A stretch of DNA of 64,000 nucleotides from the human T2T-CHM13v2.0 reference genome, Homo sapiens. The translations under genes and the position numbers were made by a program. Below are positions 1 through 12,868 of the stretch, piece by piece; the first letter of the stretch is position 1, and each line of letters opens with the position of its first letter. The stretch lies in NCBI RefSeq assembly GCF_009914755.1, contig NC_060929.1; one strand, written 5' to 3'. The notes beneath the pieces are model-generated. The model did not search any database. It saw nothing but the letters and a program-made list of their open reading frames with translations, and was not told the DNA's origin.

Positions 1-267
1 GTGCTACTATTTACAAATGCCTATTAAGATCTAGAATGAAACTTAGACTCAGGAAAAACAAATTCAAAAGGCTGGCTAGTATCCCCTTTTCTAAGATACA
101 AAATTACCTTAAAGTGGTCCCCGGTAAATATTTCAGTTATACAAAATGAAACAGAGAAGTTAGAGCATTGCCATACTTCCACTGAAACCTGATAGGCTCC
201 ATACTTTTCACCAAGTTGAAAGAAAAACAGAAAAAGTGTGCGACAAGATTCTCAAAAAGAATCATAG

Positions 268-315
268 ATATAATTAACAATGGAAGTGAAGGACCTCTTC
301 AAGGAGAACTACAAA
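268..315 (+). mobile_element. Isolated ~48-bp L1PA ORF2 internal fragment
   Basis: GTGAAGGACCTCTTCAAGGAGAACTACAAA (286-315) matches the recalled L1PA ORF2 consensus; flanks are not recognisably L1. Confidence 0.65.
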
Positions 316-659
316 AATAATGTGCAAATAGGTATGACGACTGGCACATGGGGCTGCATGGAATAAAAAATTATAATAAATAATAATAAATTTCCAAAAA
401 TTTATTAATTTTTAAAAAAGTTAACATTTTGGCATTATTGTATATTTCACACTGCCATCAGATTAAGAATATCTGTGACCATTTCAGAAAAACATGTCAC
501 TTTATTTTCATTCATTTCTACCTCCAAAAAGTTCACCTAAAAAGTTTGCTTAGCTTCCAGAAATAACATAGTCTCTCAAATTCAGATGTTATCAAGGAGA
601 TGAATGGAAGAACGATGGTCTCCCAGAGGCAGAAACAAGAGTCATAGAGAAAAATGAAC

Positions 660-1050
660 AGAGTTATGTGCTCCCAGGGAGTGCAATGGGCTTAACAGGA
701 AAACATTCTCTATCCACGAATAGGAGAAACTTACTATATTATCCCAGAGGGATTTCAGAATTGTTATGGACCAGTAAACAAGGTGTGCTTCTTCTCTTTT
801 CTGAATGTGCTCATTTTGGCTATTTTGTATTATTGAATGTTGTGTTTGAGGAGAGTTATGTAACTTGTATTATTACTTGTTAGCCAGCTAGAGCAGGAAG
901 AGCTGCATGTGGAACTGAGGCATATTAAAAATCTCTGGTCTTTGAGCCTCATATCATGATTGAATGAGACATTTTTTGGGTTAATTCCTGCAGAGAAGAA
1001 GATTGTATTTTCATATGGGAGATAAATGGATATTTAGAACTAATAGAGCG
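660..1050 (+). mobile_element. MaLR (MLT1) internal-sequence fragment
   Basis: GGATTTCAGAATTGTTATGGACCAGT resembles the 3' part of MLT-int; directly followed by an MLT1 LTR. Confidence 0.5.
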
Positions 1051-1051
1051 G

Positions 1052-1406
1052 AGTGGTATATTGTACAATTTTCTCCAATTGTCTTCATCTTCTCCTGTAA
1101 GAGTATTTTACATACCACCTTTGGCATACCCCTTGTTGACCTTCACTATGTGTCTGTCTTTTTCTAGGGGGTTATGTGTATTTCATATCTAAACTTTTCA
1201 ATGCACCTCTGTGCATTTGTTCACCCTTTTTTTCTTGCCTTCTGCAATCAGAACACCGTGTACTAGCTGGGAGCTGCTTCTTCAGCCTGAAATTTAGGAT
1301 GTAAAACATAATGAGCAGAGCCAAATAGAGCCACTGCCAATTTGCAGAATCATGAGTGGGAGATGAGTGTCTGTGATTGTATCCACACAGACTATCTGTA
1401 ATTGCA
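1052..1406 (+). mobile_element. MLT1 (I/J-like) MaLR LTR
   Basis: GCTGCTTCTTCAGCCTG...GAGCAGAGCC...TGCAGAATCATGAG motifs typical of old MLT1 LTRs. Confidence 0.55.
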
Positions 1407-1574
1407 AAAAAAAAAAAAAAAACCAGAAACAAAAACAAAACACTTTCTTATACATTACCCCATTTGTGATTTTTTGGGGGGTTCTCAGATTACATTGTAT
1501 CTTTTGGTTTGTCTGTTTATTTTAGGCATAGTTCTTACTTAGATTTATAATTGTTTTATTCATTTGTGTATTTC

Positions 1575-1705
1575 TTATTTTAAATTTATCACCCATTAGC
1601 TTCAATGCTCAATGAAGACATAGTCTGCTCTCCTTCTCACTGTGATCCTAAAATCTACACATTTACTGGTACATAGCAGATATGCAAAAATATTTGTTAA
1701 TGTAA
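1575..1705 (+). mobile_element. L2 3' end fragment
   Basis: CTGGTACATAGCAGATATGCAAAAATATTTGTTAATG resembles the L2 terminus. Confidence 0.55.
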
Positions 1706-2481
1706 TACATAATTGAAAAAATCTTCCCTTTCATGGTAATATCTCTATATATGAATACATATGCATATGCACAACCCAGGTAGAAGTTAGCAGTGTATTA
1801 GAACAACTCTTCAATGTGAGTCTTGCATTTCATTTAAATTTGAATGTGTTTAAACTTTATTTCCACATTTAGAGTTTAAGATCTTTAATGGTAGTGGCTA
1901 TTCCTCACAGTGCTAACGTTATTAGCATTCCTGCACCCACATAACTTTTGAACACTTTTTAAAACATTACTTATTGCTTTTACTCTGAACATAAAGCTGG
2001 GGAATCTCTCTGATACTGTATACCTGCAACTGTTTCTACAGGACTCATTTTCTTTCTAGTTGCCATTCCTAGAATTTCCACGGTATGAAAGTGGTGCATC
2101 TCACTGAAGTGATTACCAAGTGACATGAAGACATATTTCATGTAGTCCCTGAAGTACTTTCTTCATTGCTTTAGTTGTTCCTTTGTTCTTTATCACTCAA
2201 TGCCATTCTGACTCTTTACAGCTTCCAATCATTCCATTATGAAATTTGGAATACTTCTTTCACTAGGATTTTAGTCACTGTAGAGAAACAAGCTGGTAGA
2301 ATAATGACTGGTTTTGCTCTTATATGACATCAAGCAATCATTTATGAACCACATCATGTCCATATAGCATATCAAATGTTTTTTTCTTTTATATATCTCA
2401 GCTAGGATTGGAAATACACATTTTTCTTTTTCTGATAGGATTCAGTTAAATATTCTAAATTTTCTCAAGATAAACTGGAGG

Positions 2482-2612
2482 TATATATATATGCACACAC
2501 ACGTATATATATATATGTATACACACATACATATGTATATATGTATATGTGAATGTGTGTATATATGCGCATATATATGTATATACATATATGTATATGT
2601 GAATGTGTGTGC

Positions 2613-2644
<32 letters not shown>

Positions 2645-2652
2645 CTATATAT
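2482..2652. repeat. Compound (TA)n/(TG)n microsatellite
   Basis: Directly visible dinucleotide runs. Confidence 0.95.
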
Positions 2653-4865
2653 CTGAATAATAAAATAAACCACCATGCCTAATTTATATGTCTTTAGAGT
2701 TTCTGGCTTTGTACGCATCAATTTTTGTGGTCTTCAAAACAACTCTATAAGATAAATACAAGTAATCACATTTTAGATATAAGAACCCAAAGATTACAGA
2801 TTATAACCCAGGTTTTCCAAAATCATGGGTTTATATGTATTATAGCTATGACCCAAACTAGGAAATTATATATGAAATCCAGTGATCATTTCATAAGTTC
2901 ACTTTGCAGCTCTCTTTGCATTATTCACTATGGATAAATATGCATGGGAATCATTACAGTAATCTTTTCTTAATAGTGGGGAAAGAAACCATTTTAATTA
3001 AGTAGAAAGAATTTGATGATTTTCTCTAGTAATTTACCTGGGATAGACTGTACTTTCGTGAAAAAAATAAACTACTAGATGTTCCTTGATAAGGAAAGTT
3101 TGCTCATCCCATCCTAGTGGATCACATGTTTTGCTTCTATCAATGCAATATGTACAATAGTAAAATATCCCACTTATGGGAAGAAGCCTTACGGAGGCAC
3201 TTTGTGCATCAGTCCTCTTACTCCCACCTCTGTGATCATGGAAGCCCGTGGCGCTTGCAGCCCCATCAGCCTTGTTTCTTCAGTAATTTCAGCAAGGTGA
3301 GTCCTCAGCTGACACGGTATGGGTATGCCTCATGTATACTGTGTAAACTTTAATGTTTTAAGTTACTAAATTTAGAAATTGCTTTATTGTCATACCATAA
3401 CTCAGCCAATCATGATGAACTGAGATCATACCTTAAAAAGTTAATAACAATGCATGTAAAACTTTTGATCATCAGAAAGATTCCCAAATCTCAAATAAAT
3501 GCATCACTATAAAACTGAGTCTGATAAATTTAGATAGAGCCCGTGTTTCCAGTTCCTTCTTAAGCTGAATATTATATGGCACAGTGATTTGCACATAAAA
3601 TATTAAAATTTAATATTCTTTTTTGTTTAGATTAAATATGATAAAGTATGCCATTGCAATACATTTTGTGTATCATAATTTAGGAAATGGGTATAGCTTC
3701 TAAGAATAATAGAAATAAGCAAATAATACAATGAGTAACAAAATGACAAAATTACACCCCAAAGACTTCCTCACATGCTGTATGCATGTGAATGTATTCA
3801 TGTGAATGTTTCCTAATTTGTCATTTGTAAATTTAGAAAAAGTATATCTCTAAACTTTGATCAAATAGGAAAACTTTTAGAAAACATATTCAATGAATTG
3901 TACTTTGCTAAAGCACTCATGTTCAAACCTATTTGAATTAAATTTATGCAATGATGTAAAATGTTACAAGTTAGACTTTCAATATGTCTATTTACATAGA
4001 GGTGTTATGAACTTTAGATGCATATATTAGTTTTCAAGATTTCAATAACTATTAATAATTTAGGTTTTTAATTAAAAATATATTAGTGCCATTCAAAAAA
4101 ATCAAAAAGATTTTTTTAAATCACAAACGTGCTCTATAAAATATGCATAACTTCTGTTCATTAAAAACATCAACATGTCTTCTCCATGAAAAAGGGTAAT
4201 CAATCATTTTGCCAGGCTTTATCTTTGTAAATTTTCCCAAATGATTTCAGTCAATTGAAGAATAATGAGTTACGTATTTACAGGCAATTTAAATCAACAA
4301 AATCTGTGTTGCTAAATTGCCCTCCATGAAAATAGTTGCAACACAAGACAATAGAAGTTGTATCACCTTTGGTACCTCTATTCATTAACCTCTGGTTGTT
4401 AGAGACAAATCAACATGATAGATGTGGTCTTTTTGACAGGGGGCTAGAGAATTCTGAAGACACAAACATCACTATTAAATCATGCTTCAATACGAGCATA
4501 GAAGAAGTAAATATTAATGGGCCTTTTGTGGCTAAGAAATTAACTTACTCTTAGACATTCCCTTTGTAGGAAAAAGGGAGATATATAGAAATTTCAAAAA
4601 TCAACACTATAGGCAATTGATTCTGAATTACAATTAAATGACATTACTATCTTGCATGCCAGTGTTAATTCCAGAGAGATTTGGAGCCACTGTACTAGTT
4701 AGGTGTGAAATGAGAAGTGTTTGCTTAATTTCTATCTGGGCCTGTGTTTCTCCCAGAAAGCAATGTGGATAAGTGTTTTGGATTTTGAGCTTGCTCTTTG
4801 GCTCCTTTGAGACTGCCTCATATAAATCTTTGTGTCAATTCCTTCAGTATTAAATGCAGAATTCT

Positions 4866-5032
4866 GCTGGGTTTTTTTTTTCATTTTCATAATAAATCCC
4901 TTTGAAAAACTAATGAAAGTTTTTCTTCTTTCCCCAGACAAGTCAAAATATGCACACACCTCTGAGCGGGTAGTCTCAGTGGGTTCGCCAGCAATCCACG
5001 AAGTTCATCCATGTATCATTACAGAAATCCTG
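4866..5032 (+). mobile_element. hAT-Charlie MITE (Charlie4z-like)
   Basis: CCCTTTGAAAAACTAATGAAAG...CCCCAGA...ATGCACAC...GGGTTC...CATCCATG follows the recalled consensus. Confidence 0.5.
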
Positions 5033-6584
5033 GAGCTAGTGGCTACAACTGGTTTTTAAACCTGTGCTAATAGCTGGTCTAAAGTTTTATCCCTAGACCC
5101 AGGGATGCGTGGGATGTCCCTGAATTTTCATGCTTCTAGAACTGATGTGCAGAATAGAGTGAGATGAATGAAAAATGGAATGACCACCATGAGTTTTCCT
5201 CTGGTTTTTAGAATTGTTCCCTGGAGTACTCCTGATCAAGAAGTTGCCGCTGCACTGGTAGTATGGTCTTGGCTCATGTGCCTACAGGGGCTCCCTGATG
5301 AGCGTGGCATGTAAAGAACGTTAGTAGATGGAGAGGTGGCTTCCCTGAGCTGAAGTGGTCTGTACCTGCTTCAGATTCATCTCTTTGGGGAAAATAAGAG
5401 GACCAGTAGGGTGGAGGGCTTCAGAGGCTGTGCTTGACAAAGGTGGGACCTCCCAACACAACTATTTCCTCTGGGTTGTTTCGCCTTCTTTATATTCTTT
5501 AAGCTAACCAAGCTAGTGTAAGGAACATATGTCCTTGGAGAATCTTTTGGTCAATTCCAAATGTATGTCCAACTGGTATTGATTTCATGGCTCTGTAGTT
5601 ACAAGAATGTATGCTCTCTAATATGTCTCTTTTGAAGTTTTCCAGTTATACTTTGGAACTTCTTTTTTATTTGTTCAAGTACATGCTAATAACATACTTT
5701 CTTATATTTCTAAAATAAATAAGATTACCCTGAAGTATTGTATTGGGGAAGTATCTATTATTTCCTAGGCTCACATTCCATTTTAATGAAATCTGTTTCT
5801 GCCAGAAGCACATTGCAATACTGGAAAGTGTGAAGGTTGGTTGAAGGCAGAATAAATCTGATTTTCTTTTTTCTAGAATTTGCCTTCCAATATAAAGGGG
5901 GTATTTTCTGGAAGTGAGAGATGGAGAGAACTAGTCTTCATAAGTAGAAAGGCCAGAGTAGCCGTTATAGATATGTGGCCGGCTATAGTTAGAAAGAAGT
6001 GTGAACCATGAATAACAGACAGAGGCTGAGTGAAAAGCAGATAATTAAGTGGGAGTATGGGAAGAAATTGTGATTTCAGTAGATAAATGTCACAAATCTT
6101 GTAACTCTGAGAGGTGCAGAGTAAAGGTGAGAGCAAGAATGAGCGCCAGCTATTTCCCAGAAGTCTCCTTCCCTCCATACAGCTTCCTAGTTTCCTCTTA
6201 CGGATATTCTGATTATAAAGCATCTTTTCTGAGTCTATCTCTATTTCATGCATTTGAAAACAAATCATAGAAGAAAAAGAGCTCTTTTATTACAATCTTT
6301 TGTTTTGTGTTGACTTTCTTTAAAATCCATACTGAGAAGCCCATGTGAATTAACATGGTAGCTAAGGGAAATAATTTTAAGAAGACAAAAATGTTTTTTC
6401 AGAAGAATAAATGCCACCACGATCAACACTATGGTATAAGAAGAGCCATAAATCTTTATTTTTGAGTTAATAAAGAGACTTATCATCTGGTTTTTAATTT
6501 CTTTGCTTCCTGTTGAATTATTGGTTTTATTTAATAAGCATACATTATAGAATGTTTTACTTGATGGTACTTATTTTGTTTTAT

Positions 6585-6730
6585 GTTACATTGTAATTAT
6601 TTGTTGTTTGCCTTTCTAAATTGACAGTATGTTTCTCATGAATAAGATAATCTCATTTATTTTGGTGTGTATAGAACTACCTCAGGGTGTTCAAATAGAA
6701 GGTGTTTATTCCATGTTTATTGAAGCACTA
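6585..6730 (+). mobile_element. L2 3' end fragment
   Basis: Degenerate L2 terminus ending TGTTTATTGAA. Confidence 0.45.
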
Positions 6731-7419
6731 AGTTAGTCATCCTATTTATAAATACACAAATTCATTTTATATATTATCTTGTTTCAAGGAGTTTCATTTC
6801 AGTAACTTTTTATATGAAAGAAAAAATAAGTAGATTATTATCCGTAAGATATGAGTGTGAAGAGATGAAATGAGGAAGAAAATACATTACTGGGAAATTG
6901 TTTTTGTTGGCAACCAACATGAAACTTTGGTACTTATACTTACATTTTATTCTCCACAGGAGATGGTATATTTCTTGTCTTCCTCCACATAGTTCAGCAA
7001 ACAATGAAATTTGTGTCAATCACATCTTAGTTGGAGGCATTTTTGAAGTAGTGTATGAGCAATATTCTGATAAATCAAGAATACCTCCAGGTTAACTATT
7101 TTATGTGTATACCCTAAAAGAAATGTGGAAAACACAACCTTTTTTAAAAGTCATGATTAATGTTAACAGGTTAACAAGAAGGCTGCATAGTGTCAATCTT
7201 TTACTACTGCAAAAATTGAAGGAAATTGAATAAGATATTTTCAAGTGTTGACCTGTAAAAAATACTTTCAGAAGAGGAGATTGTGTTGATTCTTACATGT
7301 CAACAATGTATTTTGTAACTATTTAATAACACAAAAATTGCGTTCATAAAAAAATGAGTTGTAATAGAAATATAAGTAATTATCAATGTCATTCTTCATT
7401 GTTTTGTCGGTTTATACGA

Positions 7420-7468
7420 TATTCATTCTATTCGATTCTATTCTTTCTATTGTATTCTATTCTATTTC
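7420..7468. repeat. (TTCTA)n degenerate pentanucleotide repeat
   Basis: Directly visible. Confidence 0.8.
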
Positions 7469-7844
7469 ACCATTATTATATATCCTGTAGCTTAATAAAC
7501 TTATCTAGTGCTGTGCCTCAAAAGCCAAGAAGGTTAGAACAACAACAACAACACAAACTTACAAAAACCAGGTAAGTATATTATTGAAATTCAGGACCAA
7601 TTTATAATATATCAAAATCCAATATAATTATTTTACAATCGGAATACAAAGTGACTATGTATACAAGAATTGTGTGACACTTATTTAATCTACAGATATT
7701 TGACTCTTCAGTTACTCTCACAGAATGCGCTTCTAAATAACATGAAGGCCAGACCAGTGGCTTTATATTCTTAATACTCAATCTGTTCTCATTTCTCATG
7801 TTGTTTTTTGCCCCAGGAGGAAAACCAATGCTTAATAAAAGCAT

Positions 7845-8466
7845 GTTTAGCTCTGTGTAACCAGCTTTGGGAGAAGAAAAAGCAATTATGTGTAGTATTT
7901 GCCAATATCCACAGTGTAAATATTCTCACCATTATGGGTCAAATTGTATTTCCTTTCAAAGATATGTTGGAGCCCATTCCCCCAGTACCTCAGAATGTGA
8001 GCTTATTTGTAGATAGTGTGTTTGGGGCAATCATCAAGTTAAAATGAGGTCATTTGAGTAGGCCATAATTCAATATGAATGCTGTCCTTATTTAAAAAAA
8101 AGAAAATTTTGACACAGAAACAGATACATACACAGAGAAACACCATGTAATGTTTGGAATTATGGTGCCATAAGACAAGGAATTACAGGAAGGTAGGAAT
8201 GAGGAAGAGAACTAATCCTTCCTAGAAGCTTCAGATGGAGGGTTGCTCTGCTAGCATCGTGATCTCAGCCTCCAGAACTGTGAGATCATCAATTTCTGTT
8301 GTTTACATCACTCGATTTGTGTTACTTGTGACACCAGCCTTAGGAAATAAGTATACTCACTATTGTTGATTTCAAGCTACCACTATGACGTCAACTGGCT
8401 TGCAAAATTTCTGAAAATTTAAATATTGTCTCTCACAAGCCATTACGAGTCAGCTCTAGCACAGTT
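7845..8466 (-). mobile_element. MER63A-like hAT DNA transposon, split by an MLT1 LTR
   Basis: TTTGCCAATATCCACAGTGTAAATATTCTCAC continues after the LTR as GATTTCAAGCTACCACTATGACGTCAACTGGCTTGCAAAATTTCTGAAAATTTAA. Confidence 0.7.
7930..8355 (+). mobile_element. MLT1B/C solo LTR
   Basis: CCCCAGTACCTCAGAATGTGA...CCTCCAGAACTGTGAGA; 5-bp TSD CTCAC at 7925-7929 and 8356-8360. Confidence 0.85.
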
Positions 8467-9184
8467 TCAGACCATTACTATTTGTTAATCGTAATTTTGT
8501 CTTTGTTTTAGCCAATTTCATGGTTATTGTTTTAAGGTTTTCTTTAAAAAAGTGATGTCATGGAAAGAAATTTTAAAAAGCACTGGGCGAGAAAGTAAGA
8601 GAAGTCTTTCTTAAGAATGTGAGGTGAGTAGAAATTAAATGATTTGCTGTGTTGGTTAGACAGAGATGTCAAAAGAGGAAACACAGGAAAAGAATTGCTA
8701 TGTAGTCGTCAGCTATCACATAAACTAAAGAAAACAGCAATCTAAAATAAATTGAAACCTTTTATTGGTACATTATAATTAAACATATTTATGGGGTACA
8801 ATCGTTCAACAAACCATGCCTCTATTTATTGTTTTGCTTTGATCATATCCCCATCTTTCAATTTTTCAAGCTTATCTATTTAAGTTTGTATTATTTTTAC
8901 TTTTATCTTTCTTTTTAACTATCCTTTTATACATTTCATTTATGCGTATGTGTAAATAAACACGTCATATTTGAATATGTAACATTTATAAATGCTATTA
9001 TACCTGCTATTTTTAATCATCAACATCTATGTTTTTGATCATCAAAATCCCCATTTCTATTATCAATATTAACAACATCGTGTATATGTGTGATATCATT
9101 ATATATATATTTATAAATATATATATACTCTTCCCAACAGTGTTAAAATGAAATACTAAAATTTATTCACAAAGTGCTATAATT

Positions 9185-9275
9185 ACATAACAGATAAAGA
9201 GAAGAGATACTATGAGGATAAGTAAATTTTCCAAGACCAAATATATAACAAGTGTTGGACTCTAGCACGTGCATT
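9185..9275 (-). mobile_element. MIR fragment
   Basis: ACAGATAAAGAG...GAGGATAAGTAAATTTTCCAAGACCA resembles the MIR core. Confidence 0.45.
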
Positions 9276-9329
9276 CTAGATAAGCACAGTATGTAGCATC
9301 CCATTTTCACTATAACCTGGTAGATTTAT

Positions 9330-10330
9330 TTCTTTGAATCTGATTCCCAGGCATGAGATTACTCAGTTTAACATTTGGTGTATTTATAACTTAATTAAAT
9401 AGTGATAGATGGCTTTCCAAAATTATTTATCATATTTCTTCCTCCTTTTTCCTTATCTCTGCAAGAGCTTAGCATTTTTTTCATTTTTACCATTTTGATA
9501 AGTGATAAAATATATTTTATTTTTTCATGAATTTGCATTTTTCAGATTTAGGAACACGAGTAATTTACCGTATCATTAGATATTTGGTTTATTTTATTCT
9601 AAATTTCCTACACAATTATTCACTCATTTTTCATTTAGCTCGAATATCTTATTAGAATCCATCTTCATATACCTAATATATTTTTCAATTTATCATATTC
9701 TTTTCATTTACTTTAGAAAATTCTAGATGTACATTAAATATGCAATCAAAAGTTTATCTCAATTTTAATGCACCAAATTTGTTTATCAAACTCATCACAT
9801 CCATAATTCGGAATAAGTAAAGAAATATTTCTAATAATTTTGAAGTTCCCTGTTTCCCGTTATCTGGTTGCATTTACCCACCCTCAGTAATAAGTACTAT
9901 CTTGTGTTCTCTACTAATCAGAGCTTCATTTTCTTTACAGTCACCAAATATGTATGTATTCTTAAACTTTTCATTTAATTTTAAAAGTTGTAAAAATTTA
10001 CATGGGTAAGTTTGAGTATTTCCTTGGTTAACTAGTGTTTTCCACTTACCATATGATGTGTTATTATGCTCAGGATTTTATGAATATTCAACTAGTGTTT
10101 TCCACTTAACATATTAGGTGTCATTATGCTCAGGATTTTATGAATATTTACAATTTATTTACCTACTCAAATGACAAAGGACAGCGTTATTGGTTAAAGT
10201 GCCTAGTTCTTATCAATAATATTGCTGTGAATGTTCTAACAGTTTGCTCCTGTGTGCTATGTGTGTCTTCAATTTTGCTGAAGACAAAATTGTCTTCAAG
10301 AATTGTTACTTTTCCCCTTCTGTGAAATTC
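9330..10330 (-). mobile_element. Degenerate old L1M (L1ME-like) fragments
   Basis: T-rich antisense L1 motifs, e.g. CATTTTGATAAGTGATAAAATATATTTT...AATTTGCATTTTT. Confidence 0.5.
10030..10149. repeat. 60-bp tandem duplication (2 copies)
   Basis: 10030-10089 vs 10090-10149, 5 mismatches. Confidence 0.95.
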
Positions 10331-10420
10331 CTGCCTATCCTTTTGTCGGCTGATACATTTATTTAGTCATATTTTACTTTTTTTAATGAGTGTAATCTAT
10401 AATAGCTTTTATTTTTGAAT

Positions 10421-10549
10421 TTTTATTTTTTTGAGACAAAGGGTCTTGCTATGTTGTCTAGGCTATTCTAAATCTTCTAGGCTCAAATGATCTTCCCACC
10501 TAAGCCTCCAAGTAGCTGGGACTACAGGTTTGTGGCACCAGGCCCAGCT
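10421..10549 (-). mobile_element. FLAM (free left Alu monomer)
   Basis: T-tail then GAGACAAAGGGTCTTGCTATGTTG...AGCTGGGACTACAGG; monomer length. Confidence 0.85.
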
Positions 10550-11574
10550 CAATTTTTTATTTTAAAAATTATATTAAATGCTCAAATATCTAATTTCATG
10601 TATCTATATAGATTTATTTTGGCCTTTTCCCAGATATTAATTATATTTAACTTAATTTTTTTCAATTTGTTTACTATATTTTCTTGGGTGTTACATCTTC
10701 TCTGTATTCAGTTTTAAGCAACTCCTTTTGATATTAGTCTTAATGAAGTCTATTAATTGAACATGACTTTTTTTCATTTGCTAAGAGCTCTGGTCTCTGT
10801 GCTGGTTAGAGCTGACTGTAGGTAGCTTTCTCTGTTGACTTTTAAGGAGAGTAGGTAAGGCACCAACTCTGTATGGTGGGGCACTTCACATCATTCTGTA
10901 TCATATTTCAATTACTCCAGTCCCAATACTAAAAACTGGCAGATACTCTTTCTTTCTGTTTCAGTTTTTGTTTTTTGCCAACCATTTTTTAAAATGTAAA
11001 TCATATCTCAATTTCTTCATGAAGTTATTCCTAATTAAAGCAGCTAGCATAAACCTCTCTCCGCCAAGCACATCCAAAGTACATGGCCTCTCCCAGCTTG
11101 TAATACCATGCTGCCTTTTATTATTATTAGTGTTTCTACTCTCAATGCCTTATTTTCCGATTTATTAAAAGTTTATCCGACACCTAAAATCATTTCACAA
11201 AAATTCTCATTTCAGTTATGTTGTTATTGGTGTCGGTGGTGGTGACTTAACATCGCCAGTTTTCCCTGTATAAAGCTTTGTATCACCTCCACAGGTAAAT
11301 AGAAAATATCGGTAGCTCCATTGTGATTAAATTCCAACTCGTTTTTTGCTGACGTTGTGTGTTGTTCCTTATAAAAAACAGGAACACATTATACGATTTA
11401 TGTCATTTTCATTTAACTAGAAAAGTTATATTTTGAGGAAAGTTACCAAGAATCTTCCATGTTCTTTCACTTTCATTTTATGAAATATTTAATTTCCTTC
11501 TAGCTATTAATTAAGATTGATTATCAAGGTAAGAATGTAATCAATTCTAATTTTCAATTTAGGAACGACTCACT

Positions 11575-12326
11575 TTTTAAAATTATTATTATACTTTAAG
11601 TTTTAGGGTACATGTGCACAATGTGCAGGTTAGTTACATATGTATACATGTGCCATGTTGGTGTGCTGCACCCATTAACTCGTCATTTAACATTAGGTAT
11701 ATCTCCTAATGCTATCCCTCTGCTCGCCCCCTACCCCACAGCAGTCCCCAGTGTATGATGTTCCCCTTCCTGTGTCCATGTGTTCTCATTGTTCAATTCC
11801 CACCTATGAGTGAGAACATGCGGTGTTTGGTTTTTTGTCCTTGGGATAGTTTGCTGAGAATGATGGTTTCCAGCTTCATCCATGTCCTTGCAAAGGACGT
11901 GAACTCATCATTTTTTATGGCTGCATAGTATTGAATCATGTATATGTGCCACATTTTCTTAATCCAGTCTATCATTGTTGGACATTTGGGTTGGTTCCAA
12001 GTCTTTGCTATTGTGAATAGTGCCGCAATAAACATACGTGTGCATGTGTCTTTATAGCAGCATGATTTATAATCCTTTGGGTATATACCCAGTAATGGGA
12101 TTGCTAGGTCAAATGGTATTTCTAGTTCTAGATCCCTGAGGAATCGCCACACTGACTTCCACAATGGTTGAACTAGTTTACAGTCCCACCAACAGTGTAA
12201 AAGTGTTCCTATTTCTCCACATCCTCTCCAGCACCTGTTGTTTCCTGACTTTTTAATGATCACCATTCTAACCGGTGTGAGATGGTATTTCATTGTGGTT
12301 TTGATTTGCATTTCTCTGACGGCCAG
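11575..12326 (-). mobile_element. 5'-truncated young L1PA (L1PA2-4-like) with ORF2 C-terminus and 3' UTR
   Basis: ORF 11793-12347 reads [18 protein letters not shown]...[18 protein letters not shown]...FSLIGGN (L1 ORF2 Cys-rich C-terminus); 13-bp TSD GGAACGACTCACT at 11562-11574 and 12327-12339; 3' UTR has GAG, not the Ta-diagnostic ACA. Confidence 0.97.
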
Positions 12327-12367
12327 GGAACGACTCACTATTAACAATAAAATGTATCCAAATTTTA

Positions 12368-12868
<501 letters not shown>

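Noticed and set aside
2455-2721. ORFs rich in Y/I/H/T/V/C
   Set aside because: Translation of dinucleotide microsatellites; same for 25925-26149 and 40383-40616.
7500-7577. Perfect donor CAG|GTAAGT at 7571/7572
   Set aside because: No convincing exon context; CAGGTAAG also occurs near 14503 and 23819, consistent with chance.
11216-11294. AG...GT-bounded 79-nt segment encoding YVVIGVGGG (Rossmann-like)
   Set aside because: All three frames contain stops and the donor is weak; likely chance from GT-rich sequence.
11793-12347. 184-aa ORF as a host gene
   Set aside because: It is the L1 ORF2 C-terminus in a truncated insertion; its start codon lies in flanking DNA.
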